Under the pieces are notes generated by a model that worked only from the letters and a program-made list of their open reading frames with translations, was not told where the DNA came from and did no database searches. This document shows positions 26,801 through 34,719 of a stretch of DNA of 64,000 bases, piece after piece. This stretch comes from Desulfobacterales bacterium (lineage in GTDB: Bacteria; Desulfobacterota; Desulfobacteria; Desulfobacterales; JAFDDL01). A program made the position numbers and the translations under genes. Location: contig JBECKW010000017.1 in assembly GCA_040235505.1 (NCBI GenBank), positions 8,139 through 72,138 of the forward strand. Reading direction: 5' to 3'. Numbering within the stretch: position 1 is the stretch's first letter; every line of letters starts with the position of its first letter.

Positions 26801-28546
26801 TTTCGCTTCTTTGTGTCTTTGTGCCTTCTCTTTTTTATGCCTTTGTGTCTACCCGCTTCGTCATGGGCCCAGCAGGCTTCCGTTGACACAACCCAGACAA
26901 CCCTGGATTCCCCCATCCAGCTTTCCGTCACGATGAGTGCGGGCTCCGGTACTGTGGATACCAGCGGTATAACGGATTTCAAGATTCTCTCCCAATCCAG
27001 CAGCAGCAGCGTTCAGATCATCAACGGCCGCGTCAACAGTGAGCATACCAAAACATACTCCCTTCTTCCGCTTCGGGAAGGACGGCTCACCATTCCATCA
27101 CTGCCGGTGACCGTTGACGGCAAGACCCGCTACACCACCCCCATCACCATTGACGTTACAAAAAGCGCGGCAACCTCCGCCTCTTCCGAAAACGTTCGGG
27201 TCACTGCGAGCGTTAGCGACGAAAAACCCTATCTGGGCCAGCAGTTCGTCTACACCTTCCGGCTGCTCTACGGCGTTCAGATCACCAACACCAGTTATGA
27301 TGCACCCTCCTTCGATGGTTTCTCCGCAACCCAGATCGGAGATCAGCAAACCGCCCAGCGGATTATCGGCGGCAAGCGCTATCAGGAGGTCACGATTTCG
27401 TACCTGCTGATGCCCCTTAAGACGGGCCCCCTCACCATCTCCCCGGCCCAGCTCAAATGCGATGTGGTAACGTCCAGCCGCAGCAGCCGCTCTCCCTTCG
27501 ATTCGTTCTTCAACGATCCTTTTTTCGGGGGATCCCAGCTGGAAACGCGGGTGTTCAGGACCGAACCGGTCACCATCAAGGTGCAGCCGCTGCCGCCCTG
27601 GACGGGCAGCGAACCGTTTTCGGGCCTTGTGGGTGAGTTTGAGATGAAATCCGAACTGGCATCCCATAAGGCGAACCTCGGCGAGTCGGTGACCCTCTCC
27701 GTGACCCTCCAGGGGAATGGAAACCTTCAGGATGCCGACAGGCCAAAGATTCAAGTCCCCGACGCTTTCAAACAGTATGCGGATCAGCCGGAAAGCGATG
27801 TGAAACTCGGCGCCGACGGCTATAGCGGAAGCAGGATTTTCAGGACGGCCCTGGTGGCGGTCAAGTCCGGTTCCTACACCATCACCACGGCCCCCGTGGT
27901 TTATTTCGACCCGGCAAAAAAAGCCTACCGCCGACTGGCACCGCCGCCGCTTTCGATCGAAGTGACCGCCTCCGGAGCACCCATTGAAACACCGAAGGTG
28001 TTTTCTCCCCTGCAGGCCGGCGGAAGCGCCTCTGAACTTCAAAAAAACAAGGTTGATTTCACCGGCCGGGACATTCTTTCCATTAAAACGGGCCTGGACG
28101 CTCTCTCCAGCCAGGAGCCGATGCCCACCGGGTGGTTTATCGGTTTTCTTCTGGCCCCCGGAGTTCTTTTTCTGGCGATTTTCTGCCTGTTTCGTGCGCT
28201 TAAAAAGGACGAGCGGCCGGCTGCCGAAATGGCCCGGAAAAGCCGGATCGCATTGAAAGATGCGGCGCAGGCCACCGGTAATGAAACGGACCTTCTTTCA
28301 TCACTTTACCGGAGCCTGCTGTACGCCGTTTATGCCAGGGCCGGCAGCCTTGGTGAATCTCTGACCTCGGGAGAGGCGGAAACCCTGCTGAAACAAAACG
28401 ATGTGGATTCCGAAACCGCCACCGCCGTTTCAGAGCTCCTGGGCCGCCTTGAATCTGCACGCTTCGGAAAAGGCACGCTTTCCATGGAGCAGCAAAAAGC
28501 ACTGGTATCTGAAACCCGCAAACTGGTGAAAGGGCTCATTCCATGA
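26705..28546 (+). CDS. batD: BatD-family protein (oxygen-tolerance operon component), secreted with a C-terminal TM
   Basis: Large beta-rich protein at the BatD position. It has a signal peptide ending ...LPASSWA-QQ and a late TM segment (WFIGFLLAPGVLFLAIFCLF). The start is uncertain: TTG 26657, ATG 26687 and ATG 26705 are all in frame. Confidence 0.75.
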   Translation: MKRFVQNSRKRFLSFPLCRSFSRRRKASVPLCFRFFVSLCLLFFMPLCLPASSWAQQASVDTTQTTLDSPIQLSVTMSAGSGTVDTSGITDFKILSQSSSSSVQIINGRVNSEHTKTYSLLPLREGRLTIPSLPVTVDGKTRYTTPITIDVTKSAATSASSENVRVTASVSDEKPYLGQQFVYTFRLLYGVQITNTSYDAPSFDGFSATQIGDQQTAQRIIGGKRYQEVTISYLLMPLKTGPLTISPAQLKCDVVTSSRSSRSPFDSFFNDPFFGGSQLETRVFRTEPVTIKVQPLPPWTGSEPFSGLVGEFEMKSELASHKANLGESVTLSVTLQGNGNLQDADRPKIQVPDAFKQYADQPESDVKLGADGYSGSRIFRTALVAVKSGSYTITTAPVVYFDPAKKAYRRLAPPPLSIEVTASGAPIETPKVFSPLQAGGSASELQKNKVDFTGRDILSIKTGLDALSSQEPMPTGWFIGFLLAPGVLFLAIFCLFRALKKDERPAAEMARKSRIALKDAAQATGNETDLLSSLYRSLLYAVYARAGSLGESLTSGEAETLLKQNDVDSETATAVSELLGRLESARFGKGTLSMEQQKALVSETRKLVKGLIP

Positions 28547-29304
28547 GACGCATCCTGTTTCACTGCCTATGGATATCCCTTCTGGCGACCACATGCCTGG
28601 TTCCGCCCGCGGCCAGGGCCCAGCAGGACGCCCGGACATTTCTAGACGGGGTCAAGCTTTACGAGGCCAAGGAATATACCCAGGCGGCGCAATCTTTCGA
28701 AAAACTGGCGGCGGAAGGCATTCACAACGGAAAGCTGTATTACAACATCGCCAATTGTTATCTGAAGGAAAAACGATTGGGCCTGGCCATTCTCTGGTAC
28801 GAGCGGGCGCTTCGCATGATTCCGGGAGACCCGGACGTTCGTTTTAATCTCGAATATGCCCGAACTTTATTGAAAGACGAACCGGCGAGCCTCGGTTCGC
28901 CGGTTCTGCAGGTGCTTTTTTTCTGGAAAAACCTTCTGGGCGTTTCCGCATGGCAGTGGCTGGGAATCGCAGCGGGTGCGATTTTCTGGTGCCTTTGGGC
29001 GGCGATCTGGTTTTTTAAAAAACCCGCCCTGAAACCGCTTCTGTACGGAGTTCTTTGCCTGACCCTGATATCTTCCGGCACCGCCCTGTATCTGAAGCAC
29101 GCACCCTCGCTTCATCCCCGGGCGGTGATTCTGAATACGGCCGTGCCGGTAAGATCGGGCTTTTCCGAGGACAGCACCGAGCTTTTCGTACTTCACGAAG
29201 GCACCCTGGTGGCGGTGGAAAAACAGACCAACGGGTATTTAAAAATCCGATACGCCGATGACAAAATCGGATGGGTACCCGATACGATGGCGGAAATAAT
29301 ATAA
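28543..29304 (+). CDS. batE: BatE-like TPR + SH3b protein
   Basis: 253 aa with an ATGA overlap with batD. Has a signal peptide, TPR repeats (YYNIANCYLKEKRLGLAILWYERAL), two TM segments and a C-terminal SH3b-like GYLKIRYADDKIGWVPD. Confidence 0.7.
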   Translation: MRRILFHCLWISLLATTCLVPPAARAQQDARTFLDGVKLYEAKEYTQAAQSFEKLAAEGIHNGKLYYNIANCYLKEKRLGLAILWYERALRMIPGDPDVRFNLEYARTLLKDEPASLGSPVLQVLFFWKNLLGVSAWQWLGIAAGAIFWCLWAAIWFFKKPALKPLLYGVLCLTLISSGTALYLKHAPSLHPRAVILNTAVPVRSGFSEDSTELFVLHEGTLVAVEKQTNGYLKIRYADDKIGWVPDTMAEII

Positions 29305-29323
29305 TTTTTAAGGAGCTTTGAAA

Positions 29324-30265
29324 ATGATTCATATTGAAAAGCTGACGAAGTATTATGACGACCTGTGCGCGGTGGACCATATCGATCTGACCGTCAACCG
29401 GGGGGAGATCCTGGGCCTGCTGGGACCCAACGGGGCGGGAAAAACCTCCACACTGCGCATGCTCACCGGCTACTTTCTGCCGACCTCCGGAACCATCCGG
29501 GTCAAGGACTTCTCGATCCACCAGCATCCGAAACAGATCAAAAGTATTATGGGGTACCTGCCGGAATCGGCCCCTTTGTATCACGGTATGCTGGTCTATG
29601 ATTATCTCAGCTACGTGGCGGATATCCGGGGACTGGGAAAAGCGAAGAAGGAAGAAAGATTGCGGAAGCTGGTGACCCTCTGCGGACTTGGGCATATCAT
29701 GCACCGGACCATCCATGAGCTTTCCAAGGGGCTCAAACAGCGGGTGGGGCTTGCCCATGCCATGATGAGCGATCCGGAAATCCTGGTGCTCGACGAGCCG
29801 ACCTCCGGCCTGGATCCCAACCAGATCGTTGAAATCCGGGACATCATCCGCGAAATCGGGAAAGAAAAAACCGTTATTCTCTCCACCCATATTCTGCCGG
29901 AAGCCGAGGCCACCTGTGACCGGGTGGTGATTATCAACAAGGGCCGCATCGTGGCGGACGGCCCCACCGAAACCCTGAAACACTCGATGGACGCCGGAGG
30001 CCATCTTTTTCTTTCCCTTAAAAACGCACCCCAGGGGGAAGCCATCCGGCTGCTGTCGGAAATCGACGGTGTTCGCTCGGTGCAAACGGTGGAGGGCGCC
30101 AACTCGGAAAACCTGACGGCCTTGAAAATGGGCTGCCGCGGCGGCATGGATCTTCGGGAAACCATTTACAATGCCATCAAGCAGACGGACTGGGCGCTCA
30201 TGGAATTTCGTCAGGAGACCAAGTCCCTTGAAAGCATCTTTCAAGAGTTAACCAAGGAGAATTGA
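29324..30265 (+). CDS. ABC transporter ATP-binding protein (GldA-like)
   Basis: GPNGAGKTS is Walker A, LSKGLKQRV is the signature motif and LVLDEPTSGLD is Walker B. I prefer the ATG at 29324, 8 nt after AAGGAG, over the ORF-track TTG at 29318. Confidence 0.9.
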   Translation: MIHIEKLTKYYDDLCAVDHIDLTVNRGEILGLLGPNGAGKTSTLRMLTGYFLPTSGTIRVKDFSIHQHPKQIKSIMGYLPESAPLYHGMLVYDYLSYVADIRGLGKAKKEERLRKLVTLCGLGHIMHRTIHELSKGLKQRVGLAHAMMSDPEILVLDEPTSGLDPNQIVEIRDIIREIGKEKTVILSTHILPEAEATCDRVVIINKGRIVADGPTETLKHSMDAGGHLFLSLKNAPQGEAIRLLSEIDGVRSVQTVEGANSENLTALKMGCRGGMDLRETIYNAIKQTDWALMEFRQETKSLESIFQELTKEN

Positions 30266-30266
30266 C

Positions 30267-30971
30267 ATGCAGCAGGTGCTTTATATTTTTAGAAAAGAAT
30301 TCAAAGACTATTTTATTTCACCCATTGCCTATTTCGTCATCTCCATTTTTCTTTTGATCACCGGCTGGTTTTTTTTCATGTCCTTCTTTATCTATGACCA
30401 GGCGGTGTTGCGAAACTTTTTTCAATTGCTGCCTCTGATCTTTTCATTCGTGATACCGGCCGTGACCATGAGGCTTTTCTCCGAGGAGATGAATGTCGGT
30501 TCCTACGAAACGCTACTGACCCTGCCGGTAACAACAAGGGAAATCATTATAGGCAAATTCCTGGCAGGCACTGCGTTTATCGCGGCCATGCTGATCCCCA
30601 CCCTCTCCTATCCCGTCTTTATTTCCTTCATGGGAGATCTGGACTGGGGTCCGGTGTTCGGCGGGTATATCGGTGCCATTTGCCTGGGAGGCGCTTTCTG
30701 TGCCGTGGGGCTTTTTGCTTCAAGTCTGACACGAAACCAGATCATCGCCTTCATTCTCGGAATGATCATATGCTTCTTCCTGACCGCTGTCGACAAGATG
30801 CTTTTTTTCTTCCCGAGAGAAATCGTTTCGCTCATCAGCTATCTGGGCGCCGGTACTCATTTTGAAAACATCGCCAAGGGAATCGTCGATACCCGGGATC
30901 TTATATATTTTCTAAGCGTTGTTTTTGTCGCCCTCTTTGCCACTGGTCTGGTGATGGAAGAAAAGAAATAA
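30267..30971 (+). CDS. ABC-2 type permease (GldF-like)
   Basis: 234 aa with six hydrophobic segments. Starts 1 nt after the ATPase stop. Good RBS. Confidence 0.8.
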   Translation: MQQVLYIFRKEFKDYFISPIAYFVISIFLLITGWFFFMSFFIYDQAVLRNFFQLLPLIFSFVIPAVTMRLFSEEMNVGSYETLLTLPVTTREIIIGKFLAGTAFIAAMLIPTLSYPVFISFMGDLDWGPVFGGYIGAICLGGAFCAVGLFASSLTRNQIIAFILGMIICFFLTAVDKMLFFFPREIVSLISYLGAGTHFENIAKGIVDTRDLIYFLSVVFVALFATGLVMEEKK

Positions 30972-30980
30972 GGAGATATC

Positions 30981-33224
30981 ATGGTCGCAAAAAAAAGATC
31001 GGAAAAATACTTCAAATTCATCATCTATCTGGTGGTGGTGGTGCTGGTAAATTTGGCGGGGCTCTCTCTGTTTTTCCGGTGGGACCTGACCAAGGACGGT
31101 GTGTACTCCCTCTCCGATGTAAGCAAAAAGGTCGTCAGCACACTGAAGGAACCTCTCACCGTCAAGGTTTTTTTCACCAAAAACCTTCCGGCCCCATACA
31201 ATGGCACTGAACGTTACCTTCGAGACCTTCTGGAGGAGTATGCCGTCCATGGCAACCGGTATTTCAACTACCAGTTTTACGATGTCAGCCCCGCGTCCGA
31301 AGGTGCCGCATCCTCTTCAACTGAAAATCAGCAGATGGCCTCGAGCTACGGCATTCAGCCGCTGCAGATCCAGCAGCTGGAAAACGACGAGTTCAAGTCC
31401 ACGCTGGCGTATATGGGACTGGTCATCATTCATGGCGACATCGTGGAAAAGATTCCGTCCATCACGTCCACCGACGGGCTTGAATATAAGCTGACCACCG
31501 CCTTTCAGAAGGCAAACAACAAGATCAGCACCCTGCTCGCCCTGTCCCAAAATATTCAGGTAAAATTGATTCTTTCCGACACACTGAAATCCGTGGGCCC
31601 GGTCTTCGGCATCGACGAACTGCCGAAACTTCCCGATACGGTGGAGGCTGCGGTAAAGAACTTGAACCGGACCAACTACAACCGCATCTCTTATTCATTC
31701 TCGAACCCGTCCACCGACGAGGAGAAGAAAGCGCTTTCGGACAAATATCATCTCATGCGCCTCAAGTGGCCCGATATTGAATCGAAAAACATAGCCGCCG
31801 GAAACGGGGAAGTCGGTCTGGTCATGAGCTATGGGGATAAAACGGCTTCCCTTCCCATTTTAACGGAAGTTCGCATACCGCTTTTCGGTACCCAGTATCA
31901 CCTGGCTTCGGCGGATGAAATTAAAGAGATGATCGACGACGAAGTGGAAACCCTGACCAACAGCAATGAGAACATCGGATATCTGGCGGATCACGGCACC
32001 CTCTCCCTGAACAGCAGCCAAGCGTCCATGATGGGGCTTCAAACCAACGGGGATCTAACCACCTTCAACGAACTTCTTGGAAAAACCTACAACGTTCGCC
32101 AGATCAATCTCGCCAAGGATTCGATCCCCCCGGACCTCCAATGCCTCATCATTGCCCGGCCCACCGAACCGTTCACGGATTGGGAGCTGTTTCAGATCGA
32201 CCAGGCCCTGATGCGCGGGCAGAACCTTGCGCTCTTTCTCGAACCCTTCAAGGAGACCGTCAACAAGCAGGCAGCCGCGATGGGTTTCCAGAATCAGGTC
32301 AGCTATGAACCCCTGGATACCGGTCTGCAAAAGCTTCTGGCGCATTGGGGGATCGAGATCGGAAAGTCCGTCGTGATGGACGAAAAATGCTATAAACAAA
32401 CCCGTTCCCAAGCCATGGGCGGGGGAAAGCAGCCCATTTATTATGCGCCCATCATTCAGCCGGAAAACATCAACCAGTCGCTTCCGATGATGCACAATAT
32501 CAAGGAATTTCTGGCACTCAAGGATTCTCCTCTGATTCTTCACGAGGACACCCTCAAGAAAAACAATCTGAAGGCAACCGTGGTGTTTTCCTCCTCCGAC
32601 AAATCCTGGGAGATGAAGGCGCCCATCAACCTGAATCCCATGTATCACAGCCCTCCCACCTCCGACGACGCATTTAAGAAAGAGCCCCTGGCCTGCCTGG
32701 TCGAGGGAGACTTCCCCAGCTATTTTGCCGGAAAGCAGATACCGGAAAAGCCGTCGGACGAGAGTAAGGATAAGGACACGGATAAAGATAAGGAGAAGAA
32801 AAAGGGGGATGTCCAGGAAGAGGCTCTCAAGGATTCGAATAAAACCGCATCCGTGGCGTCCCAGGTCACCAGCGAAGGCGCCATCATTGCAAAAGGAAAG
32901 CCCGCCAAAGTCTTTATCATCGGCTCCGGCGAGATGTTGCGGGACGATCTCCTCGATACCGACGGGACCACCCCCAACAGCATGTTCGTGATGAACATGA
33001 TCGACACCCTCAACGGCCATGAAGATATCGCGCTCATGCGGAGCAAAACCCAGAGTCAAAATCCGCTGAATAAAACCAGTCCCCTGCTTAAAACAGTGGT
33101 GAAAGCGTTCAATATCGCCGGACTTCCGATTCTGGTGGTATTTTTCGGTCTGTTTGTCTGGATTCGGCGGCATGTCCGCAGAAAAGCAATTCAAAAGATG
33201 TTTGAAACCAATCAAGGAGCATAA
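30981..33224 (+). CDS. GldG-like ABC-transport auxiliary protein (ABC_transp_aux family)
   Basis: 747 aa with N- and C-terminal TM anchors around a large periplasmic region. It sits at the position conserved after GldA/GldF-like genes. The call is by architecture and context. Confidence 0.75.
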   Translation: MVAKKRSEKYFKFIIYLVVVVLVNLAGLSLFFRWDLTKDGVYSLSDVSKKVVSTLKEPLTVKVFFTKNLPAPYNGTERYLRDLLEEYAVHGNRYFNYQFYDVSPASEGAASSSTENQQMASSYGIQPLQIQQLENDEFKSTLAYMGLVIIHGDIVEKIPSITSTDGLEYKLTTAFQKANNKISTLLALSQNIQVKLILSDTLKSVGPVFGIDELPKLPDTVEAAVKNLNRTNYNRISYSFSNPSTDEEKKALSDKYHLMRLKWPDIESKNIAAGNGEVGLVMSYGDKTASLPILTEVRIPLFGTQYHLASADEIKEMIDDEVETLTNSNENIGYLADHGTLSLNSSQASMMGLQTNGDLTTFNELLGKTYNVRQINLAKDSIPPDLQCLIIARPTEPFTDWELFQIDQALMRGQNLALFLEPFKETVNKQAAAMGFQNQVSYEPLDTGLQKLLAHWGIEIGKSVVMDEKCYKQTRSQAMGGGKQPIYYAPIIQPENINQSLPMMHNIKEFLALKDSPLILHEDTLKKNNLKATVVFSSSDKSWEMKAPINLNPMYHSPPTSDDAFKKEPLACLVEGDFPSYFAGKQIPEKPSDESKDKDTDKDKEKKKGDVQEEALKDSNKTASVASQVTSEGAIIAKGKPAKVFIIGSGEMLRDDLLDTDGTTPNSMFVMNMIDTLNGHEDIALMRSKTQSQNPLNKTSPLLKTVVKAFNIAGLPILVVFFGLFVWIRRHVRRKAIQKMFETNQGA

Positions 33225-33225
33225 C

Positions 33226-34305
33226 ATGAAATCAAAGGAATATATCATCCTGGGGGTGATCATTGTCCTTTTGGGGGCCTATCTTTTTCTGAGAAACACC
33301 AACCGCTCCCACTATGAACTGCCGACCCTGCCCGCGGTCGCCGATAAAGACATTTCCCGTATCGAAATCTCGACCTCTACCGGAACCATCGATCTTACCC
33401 TCAGCGGTGACCAGTGGCAAATCGGCAAAAACAAATATCCGGCGGACGCGTCGAAGGTCAAAGAGATGCTGTCCGCGCTCGGCAGCCTCAAGCTGACCGC
33501 TCTGGTTTCGGAGGCCGGGAGCTATTCCCGCTATGATCTGACGGACGACAAGAAAATCCAGGTCAGTGCCTGGGCCGGCGACCGGAAGATACGGGATTTT
33601 GCCATCGGTAAAACGGCGGAAACCTATCGGCATACCTTTGTTCGCCTGGGCAAGGATCCCAACGTCTATCAGGCCGAGGATAATTTCCGCCAAACCTTCG
33701 ATCAAACCGTAGAGGGCCTGCGGGATAAAACCGCCCTTTCCTTTAAAGTCCAGGATATCACCGGAATCGACATCGCTTCCGGTGACCGTCATTGCACTCT
33801 CTCCCTGGAAACTCCGCCGGCGGAAAAAACCGCTTCCGAAGCGCCTTCAGCGGAGAAAGCGACGGAACCGGCGAAAACAGAAAAATCCGCTACTGAAACA
33901 TCCTCAACAGAGAATACGGCTGTATCGGCTAAAACGGAAAAAACAGCTTCCGAAACACCTTCAACGAAGAAACCTGCTGAAGCGGCGAAACCCGTCTGGA
34001 AGGCGGAAGACGGCACCCCGGCCGATTTTGAAACCGTCAAGCGTCTGCTTTCCCAGCTGGGTTACCTGAATTGCAGCCAGTACCTGGAAAACAAGAAAAA
34101 GGAAGATTTCCGTGAGCCCATCCTTACCGTCACGTTAAAGGGGACGAAAACCTATTCCCTGTCACTTTTCAGCAAAGATGCCTCCCAGAAGGAATATCCT
34201 GCGATTTCCAGCCAGAATGATTACCCGTTTTCACTCGACGAGACGACGTACAAACGGCTCAAAGATACCGTGGAGAAGCTACTGGGCACAAAAACAGGGA
34301 CCTGA
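33226..34305 (+). CDS. DUF4340-like protein with three 19-aa tandem repeats
   Basis: ATG at 33226 with AAGGAGC RBS (the ORF-track start at 33154 overlaps gldG). Has an N-terminal TM (YIILGVIIVLLGAYLFL). It is the usual fourth gene of GldAFG-like clusters. Confidence 0.65.
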   Translation: MKSKEYIILGVIIVLLGAYLFLRNTNRSHYELPTLPAVADKDISRIEISTSTGTIDLTLSGDQWQIGKNKYPADASKVKEMLSALGSLKLTALVSEAGSYSRYDLTDDKKIQVSAWAGDRKIRDFAIGKTAETYRHTFVRLGKDPNVYQAEDNFRQTFDQTVEGLRDKTALSFKVQDITGIDIASGDRHCTLSLETPPAEKTASEAPSAEKATEPAKTEKSATETSSTENTAVSAKTEKTASETPSTKKPAEAAKPVWKAEDGTPADFETVKRLLSQLGYLNCSQYLENKKKEDFREPILTVTLKGTKTYSLSLFSKDASQKEYPAISSQNDYPFSLDETTYKRLKDTVEKLLGTKTGT

Positions 34306-34337
34306 GATAGGGGAGAAAGCGATACTTTTAAACGGAT

Positions 34338-34521
34338 GAACGTCCAACGTTCAACGTCCGGCGTTCAACATCCTATGGAAGGATAACCTCCCTTCTGAAA
34401 AATGCGTGTGAAGCATTATCTATTGAAGGGATTTACACCTGGTGCCGTGGAGATCTGGTGTATCAAACGGCAAAAAGTCCTTCTTGGACGTTGGACGTTC
34501 GATGTTCGATGTTGGACGTTT
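34338..34521 (+). repeat. 36-nt inverted repeat arms (word repeats aacgtcc/aacgttc) around a 112-nt core; predicted plus-strand RNA stem
   Basis: Left arm 34338-34373 pairs with right arm 34486-34521. Hand pairing gives 26 Watson-Crick pairs, 7 G·U pairs and 3 mismatches. All 7 wobble pairs exist only in the plus-strand RNA sense. Confidence 0.7.
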
Positions 34522-34719
34522 GTTTGTTTCGATTCGATATTGTTTTTTTGACCATACCGGTATATAGGGGTCACGGGCATATTTTGCATGAATTTAGGGG
34601 GAGGGGATAGAAATATCCGTTATGGATATCAAGAGCGTGTCCATTTGATCCCTATCTGCAACCATCGATTATTTTTCTAAAATCGAGCCGTTCATTAAAA
34701 AGAATTTCAAGGAAGACGT

